Part shown: piece after piece, positions 45,696 through 54,193 of the stretch
Layout: the number at the start of each line of letters is the position of its first letter
Position numbering within the stretch: the stretch's first letter is position 1
Assembly (NCBI GenBank): GCA_902826065.1
Contig: CADEDM010000003.1
Span: 8,045-72,044, forward strand
DNA from: an uncultured Acidobacteriota bacterium
Lineage (GTDB): Bacteria; Acidobacteriota; Vicinamibacteria; Vicinamibacterales; UBA2999
Direction: 5' to 3'
Length of the DNA: 64,000 nt
Notes under the pieces: model-generated
What the model was told of the DNA's origin: nothing
The model's database searches: none
The model's input: the letters and a program-made list of their open reading frames with translations, nothing else
Translations under genes and position numbers: made by a program

Positions 45696-47795
45696 ATGGG
45701 CGTCTCGCTCACCGAATCCGTCCCGGCCGCCGCTGGCGCCGTCGCCGCCCGTGATTGGCGCCGCGTCGCCTATCTCGTTCAGCTGTCGCGGGCCCTCGAT
45801 CATCTCGAGGAGACCGTGCTCGTGCCGGCCCGGCAGGTCACCTACCAGTTCTCGGCGCGCGGCCACGACGTGGCGCAGGTGCTGCTGGGACTGGGCCTCA
45901 CCGACGCCCACGACGGCGTCTTCGGCTACTACCGGTCACGCCCGCTGTTGCTGACGCTCGGCGTGCCTCTCGACGACGCGCTCGGCTCGTCGATGGCGCG
46001 GGCGGGCGGCTACTCCGACGGCCGCGACATCGGCGTCGTCTTCAACTATCCCAACCCCCACGGCCCGTCGGCACTGCCGATGTGCGGCGGAGTCGGCACG
46101 CAGTTCACGCCCACCGCCGGGTGGGCCCAGGCGATCGAGTACCGCCGTCGGCAACTCGGCGACGCGGCCTACGCCCACGCCATCGGCGTGGTGCTGGGCG
46201 GCGATGCCGCGGTCGCGACCAACGGCTTCTGGTCGTCGCTGACGATCGCGACGACCCTGCAACTGCCGATGCTCTTCTACGTCGAGGACAACGGCTACGG
46301 CATCTCCGTGCCGTCGGTCATGCAGACGCCGGGGGGCGACATCGCGGCGAATCTGGCCAGCTTCAGCGGCCTGCATGTGCTGAACGGCGACGGCACCGAC
46401 CCCGCGGAGGCCGTGACCCTGATCGACGAGGCGCTGGCGCACGTGCGCGGCCGCCGCGGGCCGTGCCTGCTGCGGTTGCGCGTGCCGCGGCTCGAGGGCC
46501 ACAGCTTCCAGGACACGCAGGCCTACAAGTCGCCGGAGATCGTCGCCGCGGAATGGGCGCGCGACCCGCTGCCGAAGCTCGAGGCCTACTGCGTGCCCGC
46601 GATCATGGATGCCGGCGAATGGCAGGCCATCGCCGCCCGCGCCACCGCCGACGTCGCCGCCGCGCGCGCGACGGCCGAAGCCCGGCCCACGGCCGATCCC
46701 GCCACCGTCACCCGCTTCGTCTTCTCCGAGGCCGAGCCGCAGCAACGCGGCGGCCTGCGCGCTGAAGGCGTGACGCGTCGTCCCGGCGACGACACGCCGC
46801 GGCCCGAAGGGACGCGCGTCAACATGGTCACGGCCATCCGCCGCACGCTCGACCACGAGCTGGCGAGCAACCCGCGCATGGTGGTGTTCGGCGAGGACAT
46901 CGGCCCGAAGGGCGGCGTGCACGCGGTCACACTGGGTCTGCAGGAGAAGCACGGCGCCGACCGCGTGTTCGACACGAGCCTGTCGGAAGAAGGCATCGTC
47001 GGCCGCGCCGTCGGCATGGCGCTGGCCGGGCTGTTGCCGGTGCCCGAGATCCAGTTCCGCAAGTACGCCGACCCGGCGGCCGAGCAGATCAGCGACGGCG
47101 GCACGATCCGCTGGCGCACGCACAACCGCTTCGCGGCGCCGATGGTGCTGCGCATGCCGATCGGGTTCTTCAAGAGCGGCGACCCGTGGCACAGCCAGAC
47201 CAACGAGGTGCAGTTCGTGCACGCGCCCGGCTGGAAGGTGGCGGTGCCGTCGAACGCCGAGGACGCCGTGGGCCTGCTGCGCGCGGCGCTGCGCGGTGAC
47301 GATCCGGTGATGTTCCTCGAGCACCGCGCGATGCTCGACGCCGCCTGGGCGCGGCGGCCCTACCCCGGCGACGACTACCTGCTGCCGTTTGGCCGCGCCA
47401 AACTGACGATGCGCGGTCGCGACCTCACCGTCGTCACCTGGGGCGCCATGGTCGAACGCTGCGAAGACGCCGCGAAGCAGGTGGCTGCCGCCGGCCACCA
47501 CAGCGTCGAGGTCATCGACCTGCGCACCCTGATGCCGTGGGACCGGGAGGCGGTGCTGACCTCTGTCTCACGCACGCGCCGCTGCCTCGTGGTGCACGAG
47601 GATCTGCGCACCGCGGGCTTCGGCGCCGAAGTGGTGGCCACCGTGGCCGACGAGGCGTTCATGTCGCTCGACGCGCCGGTGGGGCGCCTCACCATGCCCG
47701 ACATTCCGAGCCCGCACAACGCCGTGCTGCTCGATGCCGTCGTGCCGTCGGTGGCGCGCATCCGCGCGAAGATCGACGCGCTGCTGGAGTTCTGA
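45696..47795 (+). CDS. 2-oxoacid dehydrogenase E1 component, fused alpha+beta subunits (TPP-dependent, BCKDH/acetoin-DH class)
   Basis: 699 aa. GAGGA lies 7 nt before the ATG. The alpha part carries a TPP motif (GGDAAVATNGFWSSL...LPMLFYVEDNGYGIS). The beta part reads MVTAIRRTLDHELASNPRMVVFGEDIG..GGV...F(D)TSLSEEGIVG. Confidence 0.9.
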   Translation: MGVSLTESVPAAAGAVAARDWRRVAYLVQLSRALDHLEETVLVPARQVTYQFSARGHDVAQVLLGLGLTDAHDGVFGYYRSRPLLLTLGVPLDDALGSSMARAGGYSDGRDIGVVFNYPNPHGPSALPMCGGVGTQFTPTAGWAQAIEYRRRQLGDAAYAHAIGVVLGGDAAVATNGFWSSLTIATTLQLPMLFYVEDNGYGISVPSVMQTPGGDIAANLASFSGLHVLNGDGTDPAEAVTLIDEALAHVRGRRGPCLLRLRVPRLEGHSFQDTQAYKSPEIVAAEWARDPLPKLEAYCVPAIMDAGEWQAIAARATADVAAARATAEARPTADPATVTRFVFSEAEPQQRGGLRAEGVTRRPGDDTPRPEGTRVNMVTAIRRTLDHELASNPRMVVFGEDIGPKGGVHAVTLGLQEKHGADRVFDTSLSEEGIVGRAVGMALAGLLPVPEIQFRKYADPAAEQISDGGTIRWRTHNRFAAPMVLRMPIGFFKSGDPWHSQTNEVQFVHAPGWKVAVPSNAEDAVGLLRAALRGDDPVMFLEHRAMLDAAWARRPYPGDDYLLPFGRAKLTMRGRDLTVVTWGAMVERCEDAAKQVAAAGHHSVEVIDLRTLMPWDREAVLTSVSRTRRCLVVHEDLRTAGFGAEVVATVADEAFMSLDAPVGRLTMPDIPSPHNAVLLDAVVPSVARIRAKIDALLEF

Positions 47796-47796
47796 G

Positions 47797-49083
47797 ATGA
47801 CCGACGCCCTGGTGGACGTGATCGCGCCGGTCGAACAGGAAGGCACCAAGGCCGCGGTGAAGACCTGGCTGAAACAGGTCGGCGACCGCGTCGAGGCGGG
47901 CGAACCGCTGCTCGAACTCGAGACCGACAAGGTCGCGATGGAAGTGGCGGCGCCCGCCGAGGGCGTGCTGGCCGAAATCCTCATCCACGACGGGCAGGAT
48001 GCCGACACCGGTGCGGTGCTCGGGCGGCTGCGCATCGGCGACGACGGGCCCGACGACTCGATCGACGAAGCGGCGCCGGAGCCATCCGGGCGCGCCGCGG
48101 TCGCGGCTGCGACGATCGGCGCCGCCGAGCCGCGATCCATCGCCAGCTTCGACCCGGCCCTGCGGCTGTCGCCCTCGGTCCGCCGTCTGCTCATCGAGAC
48201 CAACCTCGATCCCGCCGAGGTGCGGGCCACCGGCAAGGGCGGCCGTCTCACGGCCGCCGACGTCACGCGCGAGGCCGCGCGTCGCCGGGCGCAACCCGCG
48301 GCGCCGGCGCCGGCGCCCCGTCCTGCCGCCAAGGCGCCCGCCACACCCGCGTCCACGACCGTGACCGGCCGCCGCGTGCCGCTCGACTCGATGCGCCGGC
48401 GGATCGCCGAGCACATGATCAAGTCGGTCGCGACGGCGCCGCACGTCACGGCGCTGTTCGAGGCCGACCTCGGCGGCATCCTCGCGCATCGCGAGGCCAA
48501 CAAGGTGGCCTACGAGCGGCAGGGCGTACACCTGACGCTGACGGCCTACGTGGTGATGGCGGCCGTCGAGGCGATGAAGGCGGTGCCGGTGGTGAACAGC
48601 CGCTTTCACGAGGACGCGATCGAGATCTTCGACGAGGTGAACATCGGCGTCGGCACCGCCCTCGGAGACCGCGGGCTGGTGGTGCCCGTCATCCATCGCG
48701 CGCAGACCCTGTCGCTGATCGGCGTGGCGACACGCCTGCAGGAGATGACCACGCGCGCCCGCGCTGGCACGCTGGTGCCGGCCGACGTGCACGGCGGCAC
48801 CTTCACCATCTCGAACCACGGCGTCTCCGGGTCGCTGACGGCGTCGCCGATCGTCATCAACCAGCCGCAGTCGGCGATCCTCGGCGTCGGCAAGCTGGAG
48901 AAGCGCGTGGTCGTGCGCGAGGTGCATGGCGCCGACGCCATGCTCATCCGCCCGATGTGCTACGTCACGCTCACCATCGACCACCGCGTGATCGACGGCG
49001 CCCAGACCAACGCCTGGCTGACGCGGTTCGTGCAGGCCCTCGAAGCCTGGCCCGGCGGGGGCACCGCGGGCCCGCGGCGCTGA
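47797..49083 (+). CDS. 2-oxoacid dehydrogenase E2 component (dihydrolipoamide acyltransferase)
   Basis: The ATG at 47797 is 1 nt after the E1 stop. Lipoyl motif LELETDKVAMEV, E3/E1-binding domain LSPSVRRLLIETNLDPAEVRATGKGGRLTAADV, and catalytic DHRVIDG. Confidence 0.93.
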   Translation: MTDALVDVIAPVEQEGTKAAVKTWLKQVGDRVEAGEPLLELETDKVAMEVAAPAEGVLAEILIHDGQDADTGAVLGRLRIGDDGPDDSIDEAAPEPSGRAAVAAATIGAAEPRSIASFDPALRLSPSVRRLLIETNLDPAEVRATGKGGRLTAADVTREAARRRAQPAAPAPAPRPAAKAPATPASTTVTGRRVPLDSMRRRIAEHMIKSVATAPHVTALFEADLGGILAHREANKVAYERQGVHLTLTAYVVMAAVEAMKAVPVVNSRFHEDAIEIFDEVNIGVGTALGDRGLVVPVIHRAQTLSLIGVATRLQEMTTRARAGTLVPADVHGGTFTISNHGVSGSLTASPIVINQPQSAILGVGKLEKRVVVREVHGADAMLIRPMCYVTLTIDHRVIDGAQTNAWLTRFVQALEAWPGGGTAGPRR

Positions 49084-49093
49084 CGCGCACCGG

Positions 49094-49103
49094 TTGGTAG
49101 AAT
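49094..49103 (+). promoter_or_regulatory. Possible extended -10 element (TGgTAGAAT) upstream of paaA
   Basis: ttggtagaat lies 23 nt upstream of the paaA ATG, followed by GGGAGA as a Shine-Dalgarno. No convincing -35 element. Confidence 0.3.
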
Positions 49104-49125
49104 CGGATCGACGGGAGATGCCGCG

Positions 49126-50124
49126 ATGTACGCCCAGTCATTGAACCAGCCGGCCCCCGACGCCGGCGCCCCCGAGGACGCGGACGCCCTGGCCCGCTTC
49201 CAGGCGCGCGTCGACGAAGAACAGCGCATCGAGCCCAACGACTGGATGCCGGCGGCGTATCGCAAGACGCTGGTACGCCAGATCTCGCAGCATGCGCATT
49301 CCGAGATCATCGGCATGCTGCCCGAGGGCAACTGGATCACGCGGGCGCCGTCGCTGCGCCGCAAGGCCGCGCTGCTCGCCAAGGTGCAGGACGAGTGCGG
49401 CCACGGCCTGTATCTCTACGCCGCCGCCGAGACGCTCGGCGTCGCCCGCGAGACGATGGTCGACGACCTGCTCGCCGGCAGAGCGAAGTACTCGTCGATC
49501 TTCAACTACCCGACGCTCACGTGGGCCGACATCGGCGCCATCGGCTGGCTGGTCGACGGCGCGGCGATCATGAACCAGATTCCGTTGTGCCGCTGCTCCT
49601 ACGGCCCGTACGCGCGGGCGATGATCCGCGTCTGCAAGGAAGAGTCGTTCCACCAGCGGCAGGGCTACGAGATCATGCTGACGCTGGCGCGCGGCACCGA
49701 CGCCCAGAAGGCGATGGCGCAGGACGCGCTCAACCGCTGGTGGTGGCCGTGCCTGATGATGTTCGGCCCGCCCGACGCGCAGAGCCAGCATACCGACAGC
49801 TCGACCCGCTGGAAGATCAAGCGCTTCGCCAACGACGCGCTGCGCCAGAAGTTCATCGACGCCACCGTGCCGCAGGCGCACTTCCTCGGGCTCACGATTC
49901 CCGATCCGGAACTGCGCCTCGACGAGGCGACCGGGCATTGGGCGATCGGCCCGATCGACTGGGCCGAGTTCAAGCGCGTGATTGCCGGCCATGGGCCCTG
50001 CAACCGCGATCGCATGACGGCGCGCCGCAGCGCCCACGACCGCGGCACCTGGGTGCGCGACGCCGCCCTCGCGTTCGCCGCCAAGCAGCGGACGCGCGCC
50101 GCCGCCGCGGCGGGCGCGGCGTAG
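49126..50124 (+). CDS. paaA: 1,2-phenylacetyl-CoA epoxidase subunit A
   Basis: 332 aa diiron oxygenase. Motifs: [32 protein letters not shown]. Confidence 0.95.
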   Translation: MYAQSLNQPAPDAGAPEDADALARFQARVDEEQRIEPNDWMPAAYRKTLVRQISQHAHSEIIGMLPEGNWITRAPSLRRKAALLAKVQDECGHGLYLYAAAETLGVARETMVDDLLAGRAKYSSIFNYPTLTWADIGAIGWLVDGAAIMNQIPLCRCSYGPYARAMIRVCKEESFHQRQGYEIMLTLARGTDAQKAMAQDALNRWWWPCLMMFGPPDAQSQHTDSSTRWKIKRFANDALRQKFIDATVPQAHFLGLTIPDPELRLDEATGHWAIGPIDWAEFKRVIAGHGPCNRDRMTARRSAHDRGTWVRDAALAFAAKQRTRAAAAAGAA

Positions 50125-50133
50125 GACACCGCG

Positions 50134-50421
50134 ATGACCACGCCGACCACGCCGCTCTGGGAAGTGTTCATCCGCAGCCGCAACGGGCTGGCGCACAAGC
50201 ACGTCGGCTCGCTGCACGCGGCCGACGCGACCCTGGCGCTGCAGGCGGCGCGCGACCTCTACACCCGCCGCGGCGAGGGGACGTCGATCTGGGTGGTGCC
50301 GTCGCAGGCCATCACCGCGTCCGACCCCGACGACAAGGGCATGCTGTTCGAGCCGGCCGAGTCGAAGGTCTACCGGCATCCCACCTTCTACGACGTGCCC
50401 GACGACGTCGGGCACATGTAG
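50134..50421 (+). CDS. paaB: 1,2-phenylacetyl-CoA epoxidase subunit B
   Basis: 95 aa. Motifs: LWEVFIRSRNGLAHKHVGSLHAADATLALQAARDLYTRR and a typical PaaB C-terminus YRHPTFY. Confidence 0.93.
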   Translation: MTTPTTPLWEVFIRSRNGLAHKHVGSLHAADATLALQAARDLYTRRGEGTSIWVVPSQAITASDPDDKGMLFEPAESKVYRHPTFYDVPDDVGHM

Positions 50422-50432
50422 GGTTCGCCGCC

Positions 50433-51209
50433 ATGCCCTCGGGATCGATCGTCACCGGCGACGCGCCGCTGCTGCGTTACGTCCTCGAACGCGCCGACGA
50501 CGCCCTCGTGCTCGGCCACCGCCTGTCGGAGTGGTGCGGGCACGGCCCGATGATGGAAGAGGACATGGCGCTCAGCAACATGGGTCTCGATCTGCTGGGC
50601 CAGGCGCGCGCGCTCTACACCTACGGCGCCGCGGTCGAGGGCGCGGGCCGCACCGAGGACGACTACGCCTACCTGCGTGACGAACGTGCCTACGGCAACC
50701 TGCTGCTGGTCGAGCAACCCAATGGCGACTTCGCGGTCACGATGGTGCGGCAGTTCCTCTATGCGGCGTTCATGACCCCGTACTGGCAGGCGATGACGTC
50801 CAGCACCGATGCGACGCTCGCCGCCATCGCCGCCAAGGCGCAGAAGGAATCGGCGTATCACGTGCGCCATGCGGGCGAGTGGGTGATGCGTCTCGGCGAC
50901 GGCACCGACGAGAGCCGCGCTCGCGCACAGCAGGCGCTCGACGCCCTGTGGCCGTTCACCGGCGAGTGCTTCATGCCCAGCACGGCCGAGCAGGCGCTCG
51001 TGGCGTCGGGCGCCGTGATCGATCCGGCGATGCTGGCGGCGGCCTGGCGCGAGACGGTGGCGCGCGTGGTCGCCGACGCAACCCTGACGCTGCCGGCGGA
51101 CACCTGGATGCAGCGGGGCGGGCGCGAGGGCAGGCACGGCGAGCACCTCGGGCATCTGCTCGCCGAATTGCAGCACCTGCAGCGCTCGCATCCGGGGGCG
51201 ACGTGGTGA
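50433..51209 (+). CDS. paaC: 1,2-phenylacetyl-CoA epoxidase subunit C
   Basis: 258 aa from the ATG at 50433, inside a composite 604-aa ORF. Motifs: LLRYVLERADDALVLGHRLSEW and MEEDMALSNMGLDLLGQAR. Confidence 0.9.
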   Translation: MPSGSIVTGDAPLLRYVLERADDALVLGHRLSEWCGHGPMMEEDMALSNMGLDLLGQARALYTYGAAVEGAGRTEDDYAYLRDERAYGNLLLVEQPNGDFAVTMVRQFLYAAFMTPYWQAMTSSTDATLAAIAAKAQKESAYHVRHAGEWVMRLGDGTDESRARAQQALDALWPFTGECFMPSTAEQALVASGAVIDPAMLAAAWRETVARVVADATLTLPADTWMQRGGREGRHGEHLGHLLAELQHLQRSHPGATW

Positions 51210-51712
51210 GGCCGTCCACGGGCGAGCCGGCATCGTCGCGCGTGGCCGCAGTACGGGCGGTGGCGGCCGCCGTCGTCGACCCCGAGATTCCGGTGCTCAC
51301 CATCGCCGACCTCGGCGTCCTGCGCGACGTCGTCGACGGCCCGGCGGGCATCGTCGTGCGGATCACGCCGACCTACTCCGGCTGTCCCGCGATGCAGATG
51401 ATTCACGACGAGATCCTTGCGGCCGTGGATCGCGCCGGGCTCGGGCCGGTCACCGTCGAGACCGTGCTCGCCCCGGCGTGGACCACCGACTGGATGACCG
51501 AGCGCGGCCGCCGCGCGCTGGCCGACTTCGGCATCGCGCCGCCCCTGCCCGGACCGGCACCGGTCACGTTCTTCCGCACCGCGCCCGGCATCTGCCCGCG
51601 TTGTGGCTCGACCGACACGACGGAGATCGCGCCGTTCGGATCCACGGCGTGCAAGGCGCTGTGGCGCTGCGAGGCCTGCCGCGAGCCGTTCGACGTCTTC
51701 AAGACGCACTGA
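51203..51712 (+). CDS. paaD: 1,2-phenylacetyl-CoA epoxidase subunit D (Fe-S assembly SufT-like domain)
   Basis: GTG start at 51203 or 51206, overlapping the paaC stop. Motifs: VVDPEIPVLTIADLGVLRDV, TPTYSGCPAM, and a C-terminal CPRCGS...CEAC zinc ribbon. Confidence 0.88.
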   Translation: MVRPSTGEPASSRVAAVRAVAAAVVDPEIPVLTIADLGVLRDVVDGPAGIVVRITPTYSGCPAMQMIHDEILAAVDRAGLGPVTVETVLAPAWTTDWMTERGRRALADFGIAPPLPGPAPVTFFRTAPGICPRCGSTDTTEIAPFGSTACKALWRCEACREPFDVFKTH

Positions 51713-52797
51713 TGGCCGTCACCCCGCCCCGTTTCCACCGCCTGGCCGTACGTGATGTCGCGCGCGAGACGGCGCAGGCCGTCTCGATCGCCTTCGACGT
51801 GCCGCCGGCGCTGGCCGACGACTACGCCTTCGCGCCGGGGCAGTACCTGACGCTGCGCACCACGCTCGACGGCGAGGAGGTGCGGCGCTCGTATTCGATC
51901 TGCGCCGGTCTCGACGACGGCGAGCTGCGGGTGGCCGTGAAGCAGGTGGACCAGGGCGCGTTCTCCACCTGGGTGAACACCACGCTCCAGGCCGGCGACA
52001 CGATCGAGGTGATGACGCCGACCGGGCGCTTCGGCCTCGGCGCGTCATCTCCCGCCGGCGGCGTCTACGTCGCATTCGCGGCGGGCTCGGGCATCACGCC
52101 GGTGCTGTCGATCCTGAAGACGCTGTTGCGGCGCGAGCCCTCGAGCCAGGTGTTCCTGTTCTACGGCAATCGCACCAGCCACGACATCCTCTTCAACGAG
52201 GATCTGACCGACCTCAAGGATCGCCACCTCGAACGGCTGTCGGTGCTGCACGTGCTGTCGCGCGAAGAGCAGGACCTGCCGATTCTCAACGGCCGTCTCG
52301 ACGGCGCGAAGGTGCGGGCGCTGCTGACGGCGATGGTGCCCGCGGCGACCATCGACCACGCCTTCGTCTGCGGCCCGGCCAGCATGATCGACGACGTCGT
52401 GGCGACGCTCGGCGAGCTGGGCCTGTCGTCCGACCGCATCCACGTCGAGCGTTTCGTGTCGGGTGAAGGCGGACGGCCGAAGCGCGCGCCGGTGGCGGTG
52501 GCCCCCGACGCGCCGGCGGCGCACACCGCCGTGCTGATCCTCGACGGCAAGCGCCGCGAGGTGCCGGTGGCGGCGGGGGAGGCGATCGTCGACGCGGCGA
52601 TCCGCAACGGCATGGACCTGCCGTTTGCGTGCAAGGGCGGGATGTGCGCGACCTGCCGCGCCAAGGTGGTCGAGGGCGCGGTGACGATGGACGTCAACTA
52701 TTCGCTGGAGCCGTGGGAGCTCGCGGCCGGCTTCGTCCTCACCTGCCAGTCGCACCCGACCACGGCGCGCGTGGTCGTGGACTACGACCAGGTCTGA
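51712..52797 (+). CDS. paaE: 1,2-phenylacetyl-CoA epoxidase reductase subunit E (FNR-like plus 2Fe-2S ferredoxin)
   Basis: The ATG at 51712 overlaps the paaD stop (ATGA... TGATG). Motifs: RSYSICA (FAD), GSGITP (NAD), and C-terminal CKGGMCATC...C. Confidence 0.93.
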   Translation: MAVTPPRFHRLAVRDVARETAQAVSIAFDVPPALADDYAFAPGQYLTLRTTLDGEEVRRSYSICAGLDDGELRVAVKQVDQGAFSTWVNTTLQAGDTIEVMTPTGRFGLGASSPAGGVYVAFAAGSGITPVLSILKTLLRREPSSQVFLFYGNRTSHDILFNEDLTDLKDRHLERLSVLHVLSREEQDLPILNGRLDGAKVRALLTAMVPAATIDHAFVCGPASMIDDVVATLGELGLSSDRIHVERFVSGEGGRPKRAPVAVAPDAPAAHTAVLILDGKRREVPVAAGEAIVDAAIRNGMDLPFACKGGMCATCRAKVVEGAVTMDVNYSLEPWELAAGFVLTCQSHPTTARVVVDYDQV

Positions 52798-52833
52798 CCC
52801 GTCCGCTGGTCGGTTCGGTCGGGCGCTGGGAAC

Positions 52834-53286
52834 TCACGCCGGCGCCTGCGTGCTGTCGATCCACGAGCCGGCGAGTTGCCGCGAGTGGCCGCGGAACTCG
52901 GCGATCACCTCGTCGCCACGCGTGACACGCACGTCGTAGATCCCCGAGCGGCCCTCGCGCAGCACTTCCCGGGCGGTGGCCGTGAGGACGTCGCCGAGGC
53001 GCCCGGGTGTCACGTAGGCGATGTGACACTGCGCCGCGACGGCGTGCGGGCCGTGGCCGTTGCAGGCGAACGCGAACGCGCTGTCAGCCAGGGTGAAGAT
53101 GTAGCCGCCGTGAGCGATGCCGTGGCCGTTCACCATTGTCGGGCCGATGGTCATGGTGAGCACCGCGCGCCCCGGCGCGACCGTGACGATGGCCATGCCC
53201 AGGTGCTGGCTGGCGCGATCGCCGGCCCACATGGCGGCGGCCGAGGCCTCGGCGACGGCCTGCGGGTCGCGCGGCGGCCCGCTCAC
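52834..53286 (-). CDS. paaI: Hydroxyphenylacetyl-CoA thioesterase (hotdog fold)
   Basis: 150 aa from the GTG at 53286, with a GTGA overlap onto the paaG stop. Motifs: NGHGIAHGGYIFTLADSAFAFACN and GIYDVRV. Confidence 0.88.
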   Translation of the reverse strand: MSGPPRDPQAVAEASAAAMWAGDRASQHLGMAIVTVAPGRAVLTMTIGPTMVNGHGIAHGGYIFTLADSAFAFACNGHGPHAVAAQCHIAYVTPGRLGDVLTATAREVLREGRSGIYDVRVTRGDEVIAEFRGHSRQLAGSWIDSTQAPA

Positions 53287-54074
53287 GCGCCCCGTCCCGT
53301 GAAGACCGGCGGACGCTTGGCCGTGAATGCCGCCACGCCCTCGGCGTAGTCGTCGGTCCGGCCGCAGCGGCGCTGGAAGTCGCACTCGCGATGCAGCTGC
53401 GCCTCGAGCGAGCTGGTGCTCGAGTGATTGAGGGCTTCCTTGGTCAGGCCCAGCGCGAAGGTCGGCTGTGTGGCGAGGTGCGCCGTGAGGCGCTCGGCTT
53501 CGCTCAACAGGGCGTCGTCGTCGCACACCTTCCAGATGGCGCCCCAGGTGGCCGCCTGCTCGGCGGTCATCGGCTCGCCCAGCATCATGAGCGCGCGGGC
53601 GCGCGCGTCGCCGACGAGACGCGGCAGCGCCCAGGTGCCGCCGGAGTCGGGCACGAGGCCGATGGCCGCGAACGCCTGCAGGAACTTCGCCGAGCGGGCG
53701 GCCAGCACGATGTCGCAGGCGAAGGCGAGGTTGGCGCCGGCCCCGGCGGCGACGCCGTTCACGGCGCACACCACCGGCTTGGCGAGGCGGTGCAGGCGCA
53801 GGACGAGCGGGTTGTAGAAACGCTCGACCACGCCGCCCAGATCGGGCGCGCCGTCGACCGAAGACGGCACGGCCGCCAGATCCTGCCCGGCCGAGAAGCC
53901 GCGGCCGGCGCCAGTCAGCAGCACGGCGCGGCAGGCGTCGTCGGCCGCCGCCTCGTCGAGGGCGGCGGCGAGCGCCGTGTGCAGCGCGTCGTCGAACGCG
54001 TTCAGGCGCGCCGGCCGGTTGAGCGTCAGCTTCACCCAGCCGTCACGCCGATCCACGAGCAGCACCGGATCCAT
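53283..54074 (-). CDS. paaG: Crotonase-family 1,2-epoxyphenylacetyl-CoA isomerase
   Basis: The ATG at 54074 has GAGGG 5 nt upstream. The track ORF starts at a GTG at 54092. Motifs: LTLNRPARLNAF, LTGAGRGFSAGQDL, AVNGVAAGAGANLAFACD. Confidence 0.85.
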   Translation of the reverse strand: MDPVLLVDRRDGWVKLTLNRPARLNAFDDALHTALAAALDEAAADDACRAVLLTGAGRGFSAGQDLAAVPSSVDGAPDLGGVVERFYNPLVLRLHRLAKPVVCAVNGVAAGAGANLAFACDIVLAARSAKFLQAFAAIGLVPDSGGTWALPRLVGDARARALMMLGEPMTAEQAATWGAIWKVCDDDALLSEAERLTAHLATQPTFALGLTKEALNHSSTSSLEAQLHRECDFQRRCGRTDDYAEGVAAFTAKRPPVFTGRGA

Positions 54075-54117
54075 AGGGCCCTCACCGCGCACTGGGTCAC
54101 AACGCGCTTGAATTCAC

Positions 54118-54131
54118 TGAACGAACGTTCA
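54118..54131. promoter_or_regulatory. Palindrome TGAACG-AA-CGTTCA in the paaG/paaJ divergent promoter, PaaR(TetR)-type operator candidate
   Basis: 6-bp perfect arms with a 2-nt spacer. It is the only strong palindrome in the 119-nt divergent region. The AACG-NN-CGTT core equals the core of the Thermus PaaR consensus, as I recall it. Confidence 0.5.
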
Positions 54132-54193
54132 ATGATTCTGAGGATCGGTGGCGGCTGTCAATCACGCCATCGGCCTCCCCGCAGGAGCACTCC

